Source of the DNA: Phallusia mammillata
Taxonomy: Eukaryota
Length of the DNA: 64,000 nt
Assembly: GCA_965637545.1 (NCBI GenBank)
Contig: OZ281501.1
Coordinates: forward strand, 8,432,001-8,496,000
Direction of reading: 5' to 3'
A program made the translations under genes and the position numbers. The notes under the pieces are model-generated. The model searched no databases and had not been told where the DNA came from. It saw nothing but the letters and a program-made list of their open reading frames with translations. Shown one piece after another: positions 1 through 13,800 of this stretch (positions are counted from its first letter, which is position 1; each line of letters begins with the position of its first letter).

Positions 1-4
1 ACAG

Positions 5-3000
5 GCCGAATGCATCGGACATTTCAGCGACAAGGCACTCTGGTCAGTATTGCCGGGAGTTTGGGAGAATCAGAGGCAGGAAAAAAGACTCCCTCGGACG
101 GGTAAGAGTTACCGCATTATTATGAGACGGAACCATTATCTGTTTTGTTTAACTTACTAATTAACATCTTGTACGCAAAGGTATTTTTTATGAATTGTGT
201 CATGCCTTTGTTTTTTGAAAGTTTTTATGATTTTGTATTTTAGTGGCACATCTGGTGTGTACAAACGTCGAGAGACGAAGTTTGAGGCAAAGCACATGAT
301 TTTCGGGGCAAGGCCTCCTGAAGGAACGCACTTTCTGGCAAAGGTAACAAGAAACCGTAACAAAAGCCATATATTTGCAACATCTTTATGTAAAAATCCT
401 TTGAGTCTTACTAACTTTTTTATGGTTTCTTAGTTTCCAAATTTATTTTCTTGCATTGACGCACAAAAACTCGTTTTTTTAATTTCACTGGCCTGAAATT
501 CACTTTAAAAAGCAAAACAATAAAACTCTTTGTCTGGTTGGAAACAGGAGTTTTTTGTTAAACAGACACAACAGATCTTGTACGAGACTTTGGACGGAAT
601 GTTGTCCACGGCCGAAATCTTTTACAAACAGAAAGGATCACGTCAGCTGACACGGCCACAGCTGATACAAGTAAGAAGTAGTTGCAAATTTCCACACTAC
701 ATTGTTTTAGCCTGAGCCTTGCCATATGGGAATACTTGGGTGAGTGACTTGACTCGGTATTGCACCTTCATAAGCCTGACGTACCGTGATTCAATTTGCT
801 CTACCGATTGTTTTCGTATTTGTGGTAAACATTGGTTTCTTTTATCAGGACAACTTTGATCAATGCGCTGAAAAGGTTGTGGAAAAACTTGGAGGCTTTC
901 AAAAACAAACACAAGAGTTCCACAATTCCTCACTGCAAGGTTAGACCAGAAATTTATTTGTTTAGTTCCTTATGTACATTTATTTGTACATGTACATTTT
1001 TACATTACATTTATATGAAAACGGAAATTGAAAACTATGTTATGCAAATAAATCGCCCATACAATTTAAATACATGTTCTAATCTTCGACCCTGTGGGCA
1101 GGCTTACAAGTATTGTCGAACTTTAAAGATTTTCGAAATTTGCTTCGGGAACTTGAAGAGGAAATGTGTCACGTGCCCAGACTCGTGTTGAACGATCTTC
1201 TCCAGCAAGAGTTGGATGATCTCAACAGAGGACAGAATCAAATCCAGGATGAGTTTCGGAGCAGGGAGAAGAAGTGGGATGAGGAAAAGGTGTTTGAAAA
1301 TCGTTCTTAACATTTTTAACAATTCGAAATAAAAATAAAAAACTTTAGGAAGACTTTGTTTCAAACAGAAAAAATAAGTTTATGCAGGCATCAATTTCCA
1401 TTTTTATGTTGCGTTTGAATATTTTTAAGAGCTTATTTTTTTTGTATTGTAATAAAGTAATGCGATCTATGTAAAAATATACAAACTATTTCTACGTCAT
1501 TTCGTTTCTAAATTGCAAAAATGAAAAAGTCTCTTTCAACAGCAGCGAAGAAAGAAACCTAACTACAAAGATTAACATTTTGCTAAACTGAAATTTGTTT
1601 ACCAGAAATCGCATAAACATGAATTGCGACCAACAATGGGTCATCCTGATCAAGAACCTTCACTGCTCGAACTTTCTCAACGAGAACTCGATAGACAGGT
1701 GAAACTTTTATGATGTCGGTTTTGTACTCATTCTGCTACTTGTTTTGAAAATAATCCTGATTAACGCTGACTTGTAAAAGAATGACTGATTGTTATAAAT
1801 TTAAATGAGATTGTGGTTTAAATTTGAAATGTGATGTCGGTTCTCATAGGATCGTCAGGTGACAGGTATAGAGGAACATTCGCGCTGCAAACAAGAAAAC
1901 GTTCGAGAATGTGCTTCGCGCTTTGTTGATCGCATCACGGCCTGTTCTGCTCAACTGTTACGTCAGTACGACGGCCTGCTTACAATCGATGACGTCATCG
2001 TTGGTCGTAAGTTGGACCCAGTTCGTTTTTCATTTTATTTCGGAATGCCATTGGTTTTTGGACTTTGGCAAAATTTAATACTTTACAGAACACAATACAT
2101 AAACATCTGAACTTTGTTTCATCAAATATTTGTATAAATCATGATGTCTCAACAAAATTAAATGTTTTTCTAACACAACGTATTTTACCAGGAGTTCCAC
2201 CACGAAAAGAGCTCACCAGCACCCTCATGCGGCGGCGTGCGGAAGGCGTTGCCATGGGCGACGTAGCTGATCCCACGTATGGAATCAAGCCAATTGTTGA
2301 GCGTGGACCGAGACAATGGAAAGGATTGGACTTCGCTATTTTGGATCTATCGAGGGACGTTAAAAGTGGTTCAAGTGAAAGATCACAGACCCCAGGAGGT
2401 AAGTGTGTCTGCAGATTTGGATGTTGCATATTAGCGCTGCAATATTTTCATTGCTTAAGATTGAGACACATAAATTGATTGAGTTCGTAAAGTAAAAATC
2501 ATGTTGAGCGCATTTCGAATAGAAATGTAACATGGCAGGAACTTGGCCGAATGGTCTGGACGTCTCACCCACAAACACACAAATACCTTTTTTATCTGTG
2601 ATTTGTTGAGGCCCCTCCCCGCCTCAACATGTGACGACCGACCGATAAAACAAGTTATCTTGTCGTCTCCAGTTTAAATTACATACAGGTAGCCGAAAGA
2701 AATTGAAAATGAAATAAATGCATAACTGAACCACAAATAATGCGCTGCAAGCAGAAAAAGACAAACCAGAATATTTCAAATTCGAAACTTAGTTCGATGA
2801 CAGTAGGTTGTTTGCACATAATACAATAATATGATGCAAAAAACAAACCCTTGTGGTTTCCTGTAGTAAGTGCTCGGAAGAGTCGTAGGTTCGAACCCCG
2901 CGAATACAGTACTCTCAGAATTACACTGTTTTCGCACGATCTTTTAAATTTCATGTCAACCATGTTCGACAATTAACAGAAGCGATGTAATCGTTCTATT

Positions 3001-3315
3001 GCGTCACAAACCCACGCGATGAAGCTATTTTTTTAGTTTAAAAATTTGAAATGAATACAAAATACAGTAGGAGCATACTGTATTTGATACCAACTAATAG
3101 TGTTTATTTTAGATGTGGTTCATACACTTTCTACTACTCTTCCACACACAACTGTGGCATCGGAGCGGGATGCTATTCTGCACAAATATCACGACGCTCA
3201 TGTCCGGACATTACAACGAATTCGTGACAGCCGCACGGTGTCGCTACAGGCTGAAAGCCGCTGGAAAACGAATTGGCAAGATTCCATTGAACATGTTCGA
3301 AATCTGTATCGTTAG
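5..3315 (+). CDS. CCDC180: CCDC180 (CFAP76) coiled-coil ciliary protein, 3' part. Exons 5-101, 244-343, 566-670, 849-939, 1129-1289, 1606-1698, 1850-2006, 2192-2398, 3113-3315; 5' part outside window
   Basis: All junctions GT-AG and phase-consistent. Spliced product contains TRPQLIQDNFDQCAE, ELRPTMGHPDQ, LLTIDDVIVGR, KPIVERGPRQWKG and TTLPHTTVASERDAILHKY...ESRWKTNWQDSIEHVRNLYR*. These match from memory the CCDC180 C-terminus (DUF4456 region: LRPSLGHPD, VTIDDVQVAR, KPLIERGSRKWPG, TTLGHLAAVEARDAVYLKY, AQRWKDSWKQS). Confidence 0.88.
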
Positions 3316-4000
3316 TTTTGCTTTTATTCGAGGCACTACTAATACTGTGAATTGAAATTAAACACAACTAACATTTTATTTATGTTTTAAACACAGTTCG
3401 TCTGGTACATTTAAAAAAAGTTTTTTTTACCAATCACGGCTTTACAACTGGGCTTATAATGAGTCTTTGCCGTGAATGCTCTGTCGTCAAAAACACATTC
3501 AAACTTGGGAATATTTCGTTGTTTGATCACTTAGTAAGTTTATAAAACTGTTTTGAACTATATCGCGCGGTAAAAAATGCGGATAATATCTTCTCGGGTG
3601 CGAACAAAGCATATGTCGCCAATGGTTACTGTGATTACTCTACTTACCCTTTTTACGTTTTAACTAATAAAAACACAAAACTTACGTGACTGGTCTACTG
3701 TATTATTGCTTTTCGCACTAACTGTTCAGACAAAAGGGCCTACCCCGAAATACCATGCTTTTCACACATAGAAATGTATCAATCGGCGTTAATTTTCGAT
3801 TTATTACGTAAAGAGCACGCGCGAAAATACAATACAGAGGCGACACGTTATGTACCGATAGAAACAACACGAACACCTCAATCGCAGGAACTGGTGAAAG
3901 AAAGAGGAGAGGTTAACAGCGAAAACAGAACAACGGACAAATAAAAACGCGCAAAATTTTTAAACCAAACCGCGAGTCAAAAGCTGACACTTGTCTCTAC

Positions 4001-4013
4001 CGACACCTAGTGG
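4001..4013 (-). promoter_or_regulatory. CTCF-like motif near the convergent 3' ends
   Basis: CCACTAGGTGTCG on - versus consensus CCASYAGRKGGCR (one mismatch). Confidence 0.4.
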
Positions 4014-4667
4014 TTCACGTAAGTAGTTAACAATGGCTGGTTTGTAAGTGAGGGTCTGTTTTAAAGCACTTTAACCGTAATAACAAATAAATAGCACATT
4101 TGGAGCGATTTCGACGCAACTTATGTTGCACGGAAGAATAAAATCGTGTACCACCCATTGTTACAATACAATGACGCAATTGTGACGTATTATTTCATTC
4201 ACGAAGCGAGATCACGAATAAAAAGACGCAACACAAAGCGAATACGAGCGCCACTAATACTGTAATCGTTATTGTGTGTGATGACGTCACCATCAGCAAT
4301 AGATCAAGATGACGTCATCGGGCAGTGATGCTAACAAATGAGGGGTGGTGGTTCTGTATTTCGAGACACTGTAAAATTTTGTTGGCGACTATTATATTGT
4401 TTTTTACATCATGAAATTTTAAGAGATTAAAAAGGGCTTTTTGTTAACACCCCGTAAGTGTCATGTAACGATCTGTGTCAGCAGCTTCGCAAAGCTCTCA
4501 TGACGTAACAACGCTATACTCTGTGACGTAACATATGCACAATGACGGAGTCCACCTTTTGCCGTGGTCCACTCTCGGCGCGGCACTCTCTTGGTTCCAG
4601 GTGGCGTCATATGGGCCATGGGGCAATGTGCGATATTCACAACATGCAGAATGTACATAGGTGTTGT

Positions 4668-4806
4668 TTAGCTGTGGCTTCCACTAAGCAAGATTTTGTT
4701 GATGAAGTTCACGATTGCTGGGGCTGGTTGGTCCATGTCAATTTCAGCAAACAGGTGACAGCTGTTTTCCGCGGTGCCAGTTTTCTTTGCAACGAAACCG
4801 AACACC
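4668..4806 (-). CDS. TNS: Tensin last coding exon (PTB C-terminus, stop)
   Basis: ccag| [45 protein letters not shown]; phase 2 in. Confidence 0.95.
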
Positions 4807-7800
4807 CTGGACAAAATACAACATGCTTTTACTTGGTACAGGCCATGTGCGGTTTTAGAGCCGGAATTGACATTAAAAAAGTAATAGTTTGCAGTGCATT
4901 GTTTTTGACACAGTGATCCACCGTGCGAAATATTCCATAGTTCGGCTAAAGTATGAGATAATTATCTTTTCTGTTATGACTGGAAACTTATCGAACACCT
5001 TACCTAGCATTATGGGGTCCTCTGTGTGCAGTTGCGTCCCACCTCCTGTTGTGTGGCTCTCTAGCGCTAGGGTCGATCCCGCAATGGGTCAGAGTGGAAG
5101 TGGGGTAATGACGTCGGAAGAATATTCTAGAAAAAGTTAGGTGTTAGGAGTAAACGAAAGAAACGCGATACTTTAGTTTAAAGAACTAAGCCTTTAATCT
5201 ATGTTATACTTGAAAACCTTAATCTATGTTATACTTACTTTCTGGCATTGTCGGTCAATGTTATTCCCTGTGCTGATACTTTGAAGTGGACGACAGAAGT
5301 CTTGACCGCTTGACCAACGTTTTGCGTTACTTCTCGCATGGCCCGTTCAATTGCCTAAAAGCAAAAACAAATGTCAGATGACTTTGTCAGAAAACCTCCA
5401 ATAGTTTGCAATATGCAAAAAACGCCATTGTTAGCCGTTATCCATTAAATTCAAGAAGTAGCAGTTCCGGTCAGTTTCTCACCTCTGGTCCGGTCAGCGA
5501 TTCCGTGTCAGCTGATCCAAGATAGAGAACGTTACACGCAGCTCCTTGACGCAACAAATCAGCAGCCGAGTTTGAGATTTCCTGACTGCTGCGAACAGAG
5601 CCTGGCCTTGATTTGACCTCCATATCTACAAAATCGTGTAATTAAAATTGACGGCCATCATGCAGTACAGAAATGCCAAAAACACGCAATACGAATTTGC
5701 TTTTTAAATATTTTTTGAATAATAGAAAACAACAAGCAAGTAATTAAGCTTTACCTTGATCTAAAAGAATCTCGTTAAAAAAGACACATATTTTACAATA
5801 TTTAAGAAGTAGTTTCAACTGTTGAATTTTCGACAACGTTGCAAAACAACTAATTACACCTACTTTCGCTGGGAATAGTCAACTTGCATGGCAGAGCCAA
5901 CGGAGTGATGGAGTGTTGATAGATAAGGGCCGAAAGACTTCCAAAAACTGGTTCGTTTGCACATCCCTTCAACTTGACACCTCGTGAACTTGGTTCGATC
6001 AGGAAATGTCGAACGAGCTCATTGTTCATGTCAGCTGTGACGTAACAATACAATGGTTAAGCGGTTGGGCGGTGGTTTCGCAGCAAAATATCATTTGTGG
6101 TAGAATAATTCGTGTTGTATGCAACCAACATATAATTTATGGTCATTTTAGCATTAATCTATATGTATACCAACGATCATATACAATTGCTTAAGGAATT
6201 TAAAACAGTTTAAAATTTATGCTTCAACTTTAAGTAACAAACTTGTAAAAAATCATAATGATGTCTGCACAAAATCAGCCCTGCTAATAAAAAATGCAAT
6301 TTCTTACTTCCTGGCTTTGCGTTTTCAATGACTGCTTGCGGAACTTCATGAACCTTCAGTGCAAGTCCAAATGCACCTGGGTAACATCTGCTATCACGAA
6401 CCACAAAACTTCCAGCAGCTCTATCTCTCAACATTGCAAGAGCCTAAAAACATAGAAGTAAATTGCATTAAGCTGTCAGGAGACAACAGAAGATGTGTTT
6501 GCAAATGAACTAACCTGATCACGGGTAATGTCGGGCTTATACCAGTAGGAGGTTGTGTCCTTGATAAACTTAGGAGGTGAATTTCCGTTTAGACCAGCGT
6601 GTGCCATGTCGTGCGTAAGTTTTTCAATGTCTGTCAGAAAGTACATAATTTGTTAACTATAGCTCGAGAGGTCAAAAGTCGTCTCTGAAATTGTTAAAAC
6701 TGGAAAAATAGTCGCATGTAAAAATTGTTACGTAAGGAAATGTTCAGTATCATTTACCAGATATGGACGATGAACTAGTTCTTCCGGATGTTGGACTGCT
6801 CAAGCCTCCATCGTCTGACGACATATGATGTCCGTGTGGAACTATTCAAATGAATGTATTAATTTAAATACTGAATGCGCAATCCTATTTCTAGGCTGTA
6901 TTAAAATTTAGGGTATTAAATATTGGCAGCACTTGAGAGTGTATGTTAGCAGCAGCTTACGTTGTCTGTCGTACGCCGAAAGCTGACTTTCCCGTTTGTT
7001 TGCTGGATGAGCGAACGGGTAGTGTCCGGTCGAGGAGACTGGTGATCCAGCCGAATGCGGGGAAGTTTGGGAAGTACCGCCCAAATAACCACTGCCAGCT
7101 GCAGTAAAAATACTCTGTTAGCAAAAAATCTTTACTGAAGGTAACAGCATGTAAGAATGTCCACTATAGCTACACATCACATACACAGTTACAAAACCAA
7201 CAGTTTATTGCATGAAGATGGTAAAACTTTTTTTTTCAAACCTGTTGAAGTGCTTCTAATGCTGCTACCAGAATGCCTGGACGAATCTTTTGGTGGAAGC
7301 GGAGGGTTTGATTGTCCGTAACGCTGTTGCTGCTGATAAGCGGGGTGAGGATGCCTCCCTGAGGCACTCCCATCTGACAGCAAGGAGTCGTTGCTTCCAG
7401 TCAAGCTCCGTGTTCCGGAGGGAGACACTCCTCCCGATCCAAGTGCTGGAGGAGTCAAAGAAGGTCCCAAAGAAGACACAACGGGACTTCTGGTGTTCGG
7501 TGTCGTTGCTATGGGACTTGAATTGTCTCCATTGTAAACCCACGGAGATCTTTGTCCATTTTCGTGACCCTGCATCTGAGCGTTGTAGCCGGCCTGATTG
7601 GCCCATCCGTTTTGCGGCACATGTTTAAATTGCTCGGGGTAGCCATCTGTGACCACTGTATCCATGGAGATGTGACCGTGTCCCTAAAAACAACATAACA
7701 CACGTTTAAATACGACAAGCATATGACAAGGAATGGCTACAAGCAAACATAACTTTTATTGTAGCAATCTAACATCTACTTGTTAGGTACTTACCGATCC

Positions 7801-10800
7801 AGGTTGAATAAGTCCCACATTTTCACGCTGCCTTGCCTGATCTTCCAACCTAAAACACAAAACTTTAAATTAAAAAATGATCTGTCAAAACTTGATTTTT
7901 TTCAGTTTTTTTTTCAACTAAAAAGAAATTGTTACTGCCACAGATCACAAAACCCTTTGTTGAGCAAAAATTTAAAAATCGTATGATTTTCATTATTTGC
8001 GATAAAGCGTTGTGCGCCTTTTACTTTCCGGTCACGGTACAGTATAGCGTTGTAAGCTACCTTCCTGAGTCGTACACTTACATTCGTAACAGCGCCTGCT
8101 TCATCGTTGTGCCTCTCTAACCAACAAATACACAGTGAAGTATTATAAGCTGAGCACACAGTCCAAACATCAGGTCATAGCATATTGCACATGTCAATTC
8201 AGCAATATTTCTACACGCTCCTACGTAGAACCTATTCGTCGTAATTACGCAACACGTTAAAATACAGACGACATCTACACTGCTCAGATAGATGCTTCGG
8301 TGAAAGAAACGTTCTGTGACGTACTACAACGCCTACGTGTGTTTAAAAAATTCCCGATACCAAGAAAAAAATCTCCAGCTATACGCGTCCAGATCTTTAT
8401 CAATATGCACTGATCTCAAAACTGAAACTTAGAATGTAATATACATGCGACTGTATATGTATAGCTTACCGATGTTAACCTTTCGAGGACTAACACAGAG
8501 CCTGTCAACTATAGATCATGTTGCATTCAAATTCAGTAACGTCTTATTACATCAGTTCTGCCTTTTCTAAAATGCCTGCATTTGAACATATGAAATCGTT
8601 TAGTTAACCACAAGCAATCCAATAGTTAACATACGCAGTTGTGACTATTCACGTAACATCAGGTATGGAAAAAACAAAAGCATTCCGTTACGCCACAAAA
8701 CAGATTAAGTGCTAACAATTAACGCTTTGTCACCAACGTCGGACATTTACTTTCTCTAGTGACGTCACCATCGCGCGGCTGTTGCGGTACGTCACAAACG
8801 GGAAAGCGCGAAAAAGGTTGTTGCTGAGTATTGCTTTATATGATTTACAAGGCAACCTGGGAATTTAAACACTACATAATTGCTTTTTAGTGGGTGAATT
8901 ATTTTTAAACCTAAAACTTAACAAACAGCTTAAAAAAGTAGCGACTTTTTTTTTTCACTTTGCAGACTCGAGCTGTTATTTCTTGTTTAGCATGAATGCC
9001 TGACAATGCTAACCACTTACAAGTATATATGGTACAAACTAATCACTTCCGATTTAAAGGTGATAAAAACAAGATGAACGCATTTATATTGTATAGCTAA
9101 CGGACTAAACGAATATTTACAACATTGATGTAAACTGAAAAATATTTTGTTCCAACTAATACAAACGAGCGAATATAAACTGAAAGAAAGCTTCTGTGCA
9201 ACTGTTTCGTAAACAAGCAGCCAGACCTCGCTTTGTGCTATTGCTATGACATTTTGAACGACATTTCCTCTGCTTGGCCTATCTCCCGACAACTAAAGGC
9301 GTGTAAATGTCGCCTTTCAATGTGATCTGTCGAAAACTTACGTCATGTCACACATCATAGCAAACCACTTGTTGATGACAAGTTGGCCCAACTGGTTCCC
9401 AAGAATTCCCGCAGTGTCTAACCTGTTTCTGTGACTACTGTCTGTTAATAACAAAATTTGGGCGTTTTGGGGAAATTTGGGCTTTATAACTTCATACATA
9501 TCAGGTACTATATTCAAAGTGCTAAAAATGTGATACAATGCTTGGCAAAACAGCACAAATCTAACCTTCTTTGACGGCCATTTCACCGAACTAATCTGTT
9601 TCATGACACAGAACTGTTTCCACGAATTGCATCCGTGCAAACAAAAAACTCCACTGACCTTTACTCCCAAAAACAACTATTACACTCTACGCGGACAGTG
9701 CTACCACGGGCAACAACATCTTACGCACAGACGAAAAATTTCCTATCTCAACGATGTGCCAAACAGTTTGAACAGTCTTCCCTCGCATCGCTGTATCATC
9801 AGGTCAAGTTACACGGCAACACATTGGATCGGCTCGCTTTCACTGATAGTTGATATTTATAAATAGCTTCCCGCCTGTAACCCACACACCCATTTAACAT
9901 CGACGCTCTGGATCAGTTACAAAATACGGTAAATACACGCGACTGCCATAAAACGAATGGAACCTTTCCTCTTTTAGGGATAAAACTCATCGCTCCTGCT
10001 GCAGTTTGAATGTAAACCATAGTTGACACTAGTAACAGTGCCAGTAAAAAAGTGACCTGATGTAACCTTTTTATCCCATAAGGAAACGTAAAGGTCACGA
10101 CATGGAAAATTCAAACCCAAACAGTTTATTCCTGTCTCGTTCTGTGTTACGGCGTTTGAAAGATTTTTATCTGTCTGATAAGGTACCTGTTTTGTGACGA
10201 CATAAGAAGGGTGTCTTTCGTCATAACTTGACTTGTGTTGGTCGAAATTCCGTTGGCGAAATGAAGTGATGACGTCATCGGGGAAATGTTGGTTTGTGGC
10301 TTGGTGGCGCCATGGAGCTGGGAACGAACTGAAAATAAAAACACAAAATATTAATCAATTTATACTTGAACCGTATGTTATTTACATTTAAATATAAACC
10401 GTCAAGTATAAATAACAACCACATATACCATTACTTGTTCACAAACGCACACAAATAGCAGTACGTTTAATGTTTGTCATCATTACAGCAGAAATAGACG
10501 TAACGTTGCGGCTGTACAGCGAATTTCAATTAAGCCATGTTTTGTTGGGCCGACCTGTTGACGTAGCCGCAAATGCGAGCGAAAGAGAAAACGGTGTTTT
10601 AAGTTTTCTTCCGGACAACCGTGACTAACCCATCCGTTGTGGTCAGTAAATACGTACGCGGCGTCCTTTGATGTGATAAGCCAATTAGGTTTTAAGGAAA
10701 CGACTTGTACCCTGTCTATGATGTGATTTTGCTTCCTTATAGCTCAATGTTTCTTTCAGGTAATATTTGTTTACTGCATTTTTAGGGACGTTTTTTTATC

Positions 10801-13800
10801 AATAATTTTGGATAATGACCTTTTTGTGGTACCTAGAGCAGTTATAATTTTCAACTGACTTCACATGTTTGATCATGGATAGAGAGAAAGCGGAGACGAA
10901 AAATGGAAACAAAAACTCGTGCACTCCAGCAAATCAAATATTGACTCTGGATATGGAACAATGTTTTTGCTGAAGACAAACAAGTGGCCGTGAGCCCGAT
11001 CGAATCATATTTAAGAAGTCTTTCTTCCGAACTGGCCCGTGGGTGTAAGCCCAGCCTCAAACTCCCAGCACCTCAAAAATAACACGGAACCGTTCTTGAA
11101 CCGCAATAGGTCTATTGTCCCCCGCTTCGGCCACAGAACAGAAACTAGCCTTCTAGTATTGTTGACCACACGATGCTGAACTGTCAATCAAAACCCGCTT
11201 AGGCAGGGACAGATGTAAGACGCAAAGAGGATGTTGTCATAAGAGAGGAAATTGAATGTTAAGCAAAAATGTGGCGTCAATCAACAGCAACAAGGGAAAG
11301 GCGGGGTCACCAGTCAGCTGTTGGCCTTTACTTATAGTTGTCACGCGATTTCGTTATTTCAGGAGGTAAGTCTGACCTGGGATTAAAATTGCCACCACTG
11401 TTTGTTTGCATAAAACCAGTGGGAGTCCTAGTTTTATTGGAACGCGGCAAAATGTGTGTTTTTATCAACTGCTGTCAAAACAAGTGATCGAAACATTGTT
11501 GAAAGAAGGTGTGTTGTTACTGAGACAATGTATTTGTTAAGTCGCATTTATTAAGCTAAAAGGTTTTTAAGATTGCTTAGATTTATTTGACTATATTACG
11601 AAATAATAGTTTTTCAGAAGTTTGCAATCCAAAGATATGATCTATTGAATTGCAAAATTTTTGACACGAGACTCACAACTAAACACTTTGATAGTTAAGT
11701 CATGTACCTTTTGTATCACTCGGCATTATATTAAGTATGATGTAATCTGAATTTTCCTGGTGGCTAGGACCACGTTCCACCGGCTCTGTAATCCTCATGC
11801 CTACGTCACAATCCCGGTGTTCCAAAGCGCTTGCTTCCGGTCGCGCGTGATGGATTGGCGCCGGAATTTTAGGGATTTAGTCGCTGGGTCTCTTGGCGGC
11901 GGCACTAAATCTGCGGTCCCGGATAAGCTGAAATTCCGAGACAGGTTGGGAAACTGGACACCAAAAAACAGACGCAAAAGATTGTAGAGGCTGCTTGGGT
12001 TGACGAACTGAAGCTTTGGTAAAGTCAGATAAAGCTTCTGTTTATTTAAATGTACCACAAGACAAGAAGCTGAGAAAAATCCTGTAAGAGTAAATATACT
12101 TAAAAGATGTCCCAATTTGCGTCCATATACTGTTTAATCTGCCTAACTTTAATTCGTTTGTAGTCTGGTCTTTGAAATAACAAATATACATTGTCAGAAT
12201 TACAAGTCGGGGGAAACCTACGTCGAAGATTTTAAACACTAAACTTGGATTTTCCTGTTTGTTGCTAGAACACAATTGGGAAAATCCTGTGAAGATATGA
12301 ATCCCGTTTCACTTGCTAAGGAGAAAGCTGCAGGAACTACTTTCAAACTTTCCCAGGAACTACACTCTCGCTTCCGCTTACTGTCTGTAATTGCCTCCTT
12401 GCTGAGTCTACAAATATATCAATATCATTTCAGGCGGCAAGTTTCCGCAGTCACATACTGTCCCTAGCTACAACAACAAACGAAAGCCTAAAACACCTGG
12501 CAGCTAACACTACAAACCATCAAAGATCACGCACCAATGAACTGAACAGTGCATTATGTCATGCCAATTCCTTCTACCTGGCGACAGGCGCGGCATTTCC
12601 TCACATACTGTGGGAAATATATGATGGGAATGTGCACTTTCCCGCCTAAACTGGGAACGGCGCGCCAGACGACTGCCTATCAATGGACGCCACGCGATCA
12701 CCATTGAGACTAGATTCGATTTGCCACAAAGCTCCGCTGGGCGCACTTTTGTCATGGTAGCCCATACACGTGGGCTAATTGGTTTTAATGAGTGGTGATG
12801 AAACCGCCCACTGCGCTGGTTTCTACATATTTGTATGTACAGGTGTGGAAAGTAAAACCATTGTTTAAAGTGTGAGAATGAACTCACACCTTACTGCCAC
12901 AGTTCTTCCTACTTTACATTGATCAACGGAACTGGGACAGATTAACGTCTTGACCTTGTTTGTTTATTTAACGCGGATTTCCGGTTCGAAGCGTAAAACA
13001 AACGGTCAAGAAAATGAAATTATTCCGTACCTTTACTTTCAAACACTGTACTGACACTTTTAATAATCGAAATGAAAACCTTCTGCAACTCAAGTTACAC
13101 ATAAACAGCGCTATCTCTCAAGCCAACCGAGGCACTGCTTGTTGGCATTCGCAAAACTTTATCTGCAGGCAGGCCATCTTGCATGCTGAGATTACCCAAC
13201 CACGTGATTGTAATACCCTGAAAACATGCGTAATCACATAAAAGCCACGCGCGTAGGGGCTTAAACAACGTCAGGACGACATCTGTCAGTCGCCTTTGTT
13301 CGAACAGCAACCCGCCGCGGTGCAAGGCTGCCAGAGTCGATCTCAGCTTCCGATAAATCCGACATCAAAGACCGAGCCGTTGGCCAAACTGCGGCACACA
13401 CAACAAGCGTCCACTTTCGACTTATGTTCAAGCAATTTAACTCGTAGCTCGCTCTGCGGTCGTAAAGCGGTGCCGGACAATCAGTGGACGATCGCCAAAT
13501 CACCGGTCAGTCGGCGAAATCCGGGTTAGAAATACAAAGCGCCCACCGGTCAGGCGAAATTATGATCGATTCTAGAATTTCCGCGTGCTCTTTTGAAATA
13601 AAAGGCGTCGTAAAATTGCTTGAACACTAACGACGCGATTTTCTAATACGATTTGGTTTCTTGTGCGTTTATTGGACTTTCCGACCTATGCTGTAAGACC
13701 CACAGGTGCTTGGAGGCATCAAAGACCTGCGCAAATTGTTCGCAATTACCCGGGCGCAATATAAGATTACCTCTTTCGTGTTGTTTGATGTAAACAAGTG

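Noticed and set aside
548-565. Alternative upstream acceptor for the CCDC180 exon at 566
   Set aside because: Adds EFFVKQ, read from the polypyrimidine tract; the 566 acceptor aligns better with recalled homologs
9913-10098. ORF resembling a neuropeptide precursor (hydrophobic run, then AMSFIP-KR)
   Set aside because: Starts at GTG with an in-frame stop just upstream; the first ATG lies after the hydrophobic run, so there is no usable signal peptide
10875-10973. 32-aa + strand ORF ending in a CXC prenylation-like motif
   Set aside because: Too short and antisense; no supporting gene structure
12510-13529. Several 70-125 aa ORFs on both strands
   Set aside because: GC-richer motif-dense intronic DNA without coherent splice sites or domains; more likely enhancer. 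The GTGGGAA sites do not form a canonical Su(H) paired site
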